Shown here: positions 61,552-64,000 of the stretch, in pieces
Layout: each line of letters begins with the position of its first letter
How positions within the stretch are numbered: position 1 is the first letter of the stretch
From: an uncultured Candidatus Saccharibacteria bacterium
GTDB lineage: Bacteria; Patescibacteriota; Minisyncoccia; Phycocordibacterales; UBA5272
Reading direction: 5' to 3'
Length of the DNA stretch: 64,000 nt
Assembly: GCA_964546555.1 (NCBI GenBank)
Contig: CAZJJX010000006.1
Span: 545-64,544, forward strand
The notes under the pieces: generated by a model
The model's input: only the letters and a program-made list of their open reading frames with translations
The model's database searches: none
What the model was told of the DNA's origin: nothing
Made by a program: the position numbers and the translations under genes

Positions 61552-62385
61552 ACAATTTAACTATTACGAGATAGATATATAGCAACTAGTTTAGCAGAGT
61601 AATTTGAAAATGCAGTATTCAAAATGTGAAGAGGCGATAGTCAAAAATAAAGTGTACCTTTATATGAAATAGAACGCTCTATACAACATTTACATTGTCG
61701 TGGTGGATTACATACAGTCTCTCCGCATCAATTATATTTATGGATTTTAAAGATAAAATAACTATTAGATGATGCAGAACATTTAATACTACATTTTTAA
61801 ATCAACAAATATTTAAATATTAGAAAATACGGAATAATAAACTAAAAAATAAGTAATAGCATAAAACGTAAGTAGGGTGTCACCTAAAGCTTAAAATAAT
61901 AAAGCGTCACGGTTACAAATTTAGATCATGATTGATCTATATAGTTTTAAATTATCTTCTATTACAATCATACTAATTTATTGGTAAGCAGCAAAAAATT
62001 GGGTGTTCTAATTATTTTTAAATATTCCATTTTACATTTTATTTACAATGTATTTTAACTATTAGGTTTATTCTAATATAATTGGTATTTTATTTCTGCT
62101 TTTGCATTACCAATAAATTTGTTCTCTATTTGTTTTGATTTCATTTTGGTTATTTTTATATTTTGAATAAAATTATATTTTAAAAATCGGTCATTAGTAG
62201 ATTCTAAAAATTGTTGCTTTTTTGATTTAATTTTTAGTCATATTTTAGATGTATTGTTTTGTGCCAATTTTGTATTTATTACTTTTTAAAATAAGGTTTT
62301 TCTAAATGTACTTTATCCACAATTTTTTCACAGTTTAGTATGTACTTAAGCAGCATTTTTACTATACTTATTTACATATAAATTC

Positions 62386-64000
62386 ATGCAAGATTTTTGT
62401 AATCGAATCGCTCGTACATTGTCTATGGCGTTAGCCGTATACCTCATACAGTCTCTCTCACTCTCATCTGTGTATGCGGCGGTTCTTACTGCTGATCTTC
62501 GTTCTTCAGTGCCACAAAAGAATATCGCTCTTGTTGTAAATCTTTCTGTGTCTGATGTTGCTATCGCGAACGCTTCTTTCCTTGGTGGTCCTGTACGTGT
62601 TGTTGAGACTGCAGGGGTAGCAATTGTTCCTACTGCTTTTACAGAAGCTCTTAATGCTCTTACATCTAGTATCTCTAGTTCGGTGTTTTCAAAAAATAAG
62701 TATATTACTTCTACCGCAAATAATTATGGCTCATTTATTAAGCCAACGGTAACTCTTCCTTCTACTAGTTTTGTAGATCTTGTTGGTAGTCAACTATTTA
62801 TTTCAGCACAGAACGTTAAGGCTGATTCTCTTATTAATCAAAACCCAAAAAGTAATTTTGCCGCTTTTGATAAGATTTCTCTAGCTGTTTATTGTGATTC
62901 ATCGGCACTATTTACTTCTGTAGATGTTGATCGTTGTAATTATGAAAAGCATGCTCTTGGTTTAGTTACAAAAAATAGTGCCAATACTTCATATTCATCA
63001 TCTACGATCTCTACAGAGGTTAACCCTCCTTTTGCCTACAATAGTTCATCGACCCAACCAACGACTATTGTTTACTTAACAACAAGTACCACCACATACA
63101 TTACTAGGTATGTTAATGTTCCTGGTCCGGCAGGCAAAGATGGACGAGATGGTAAGGATGGTGTTAATGGGAGGGATGGTTATTCTGGAGGAAACTTCTT
63201 CTCAATAGCAAACACAACCTCAAGTGGAGGTTCTTCTTCATTTACATCTGGTTCAAATATTACTCTTTCTAGTACTACACTTAATGGTGCGAGCCTATTT
63301 AATGGTGATGCAATTTTTAATAGTAATCTTACTGTTTACGGCACAACAACACTTGCAACCACCACTTTTAATGGAGGTGTAACCGCTGGTAACCTTACTG
63401 TAAACAATATTACTGTCACAGATTCTGCTAACCTTGCCACAACAACAATCAGTAATCTGCAGATTGTTGGAGCTCTCTACGACAGTTCGAATTCAGGTGG
63501 TTCATATGGCCAGGTTCTTGTAAGCAACGGTACTTCTACCTTCTGGGCAAATGCAACCGGTACAATTATCGGAGGTTCAGCAACAGGTTCTATGTTCTTC
63601 TGGAATGGGACAACATGGGTTGAAAATACGAATCTTTTAACAGATTTAAGTGGGAACGTAACAGCAAACGGAGATCTTACTATTAATGGAGATTTCTCTG
63701 TTGGAAGTACAACAATTGGTAATTTAAACGCTGGAACAACAACTATTGAAAGAGCAATAATTTCTAATGCAAATATTACTTTTGCTACTTCAACAAATCT
63801 ATTTTCACAGATACTAAGCGTATCTACGGGAACTATTGGTGTTCTTAATGTATCTACTGGAACTGTTATTAATCTTAATGCAAACAGTGCTTCGGTCGGT
63901 ACTTTGTATATTGGGGACAGTACTTCAACAAATGCATACATTAATAGCTTGGTTACCACAATTGTGCAAGCAGTTAATGCAGTTTTTGATAACTTAACCG
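62386..64000 (+). CDS. large secreted surface protein with a collagen-like segment and tail-fibre-like repeats (3' partial; runs off the window)
   Basis: I translated by hand from ATG 62386 to the window end with no stop (538 codons). It has a signal peptide (SMALAVYLIQSLSLSSVYA/A), GPAGKDGRDGKDGVNGRDG at 63124-63180, then N/T/G/S-rich beta-type repeats including SGGSYGQVLVSNGTSTFWAN. Confidence 0.7.
   Translation, partial: MQDFCNRIARTLSMALAVYLIQSLSLSSVYAAVLTADLRSSVPQKNIALVVNLSVSDVAIANASFLGGPVRVVETAGVAIVPTAFTEALNALTSSISSSVFSKNKYITSTANNYGSFIKPTVTLPSTSFVDLVGSQLFISAQNVKADSLINQNPKSNFAAFDKISLAVYCDSSALFTSVDVDRCNYEKHALGLVTKNSANTSYSSSTISTEVNPPFAYNSSSTQPTTIVYLTTSTTTYITRYVNVPGPAGKDGRDGKDGVNGRDGYSGGNFFSIANTTSSGGSSSFTSGSNITLSSTTLNGASLFNGDAIFNSNLTVYGTTTLATTTFNGGVTAGNLTVNNITVTDSANLATTTISNLQIVGALYDSSNSGGSYGQVLVSNGTSTFWANATGTIIGGSATGSMFFWNGTTWVENTNLLTDLSGNVTANGDLTINGDFSVGSTTIGNLNAGTTTIERAIISNANITFATSTNLFSQILSVSTGTIGVLNVSTGTVINLNANSASVGTLYIGDSTSTNAYINSLVTTIVQAVNAVFDNLT

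Noticed and set aside
61552-62385. AT-rich gap as the replication origin
   Set aside because: It has only one consensus DnaA box, no box cluster, and no dnaA or dnaN nearby.
1-64000. CRISPR array, retron/DGR (reverse transcriptase plus template repeats), integron attC array, prophage
   Set aside because: There is no array of near-identical direct repeats with unique spacers. No RT, cas or integrase ORF is present. The only IS is the single degraded IS481-type copy.

Overview
This is a 64-kb window from a gene-dense, low-GC bacterial chromosome that reads cleanly in the standard genetic code. Most of it is housekeeping: dnaB, dnaE, recR, rmuC, cysS, L21/L9/L27, mreBC-pbp2, greA, mraZ-rsmH-ftsL-ftsI, lexA, ychF, RNase J, secG, a class II photolyase, and an AddA-like helicase-nuclease with a Cas4-like nuclease. 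Many small hypothetical or membrane-anchored proteins sit among these genes. The content, the short intergenic gaps and the weak Shine-Dalgarno usage fit a reduced-genome Patescibacteria/CPR-type organism; that placement is inference, not proof.

The left 6.3 kb, on the 3' side of the only tRNA (tRNA-Gln), is an accessory, decaying segment. It holds a GIY-YIG nuclease, an IS481-type element whose transposase carries an in-frame TAG and which truncates a P-loop gene, a dead histidine-phosphatase gene, and an APH-type kinase.

I found no CRISPR array, reverse transcriptase, rRNA or recognisable defence operon. The observations most worth follow-up are:
- two paralogous hairpins with compensatory base changes beside tRNA-Gln;
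- two tandem, unannotated ~50-codon paralogs, one interrupted at an A7 run;
- a phased AGTGGGG repeat array, read as a MraZ operator;
- a perfect SOS box with lexA and a collapsed Y-family polymerase ORF;
- a -10 hexamer exactly 6 nt before the ATG of many genes, which suggests leaderless mRNAs;
- dispersed AGACCGCTT/CAGAC intergenic repeats and unusually long perfect palindromes at gene ends;
- several orphan units of consensus promoter, hairpin and U-tail;
- a signal-peptide protein with a collagen-like segment and tail-fibre-like repeats, behind an ~830-bp AT-rich gap at the right edge. This ORF is missing from the ORF track because it runs off the window.
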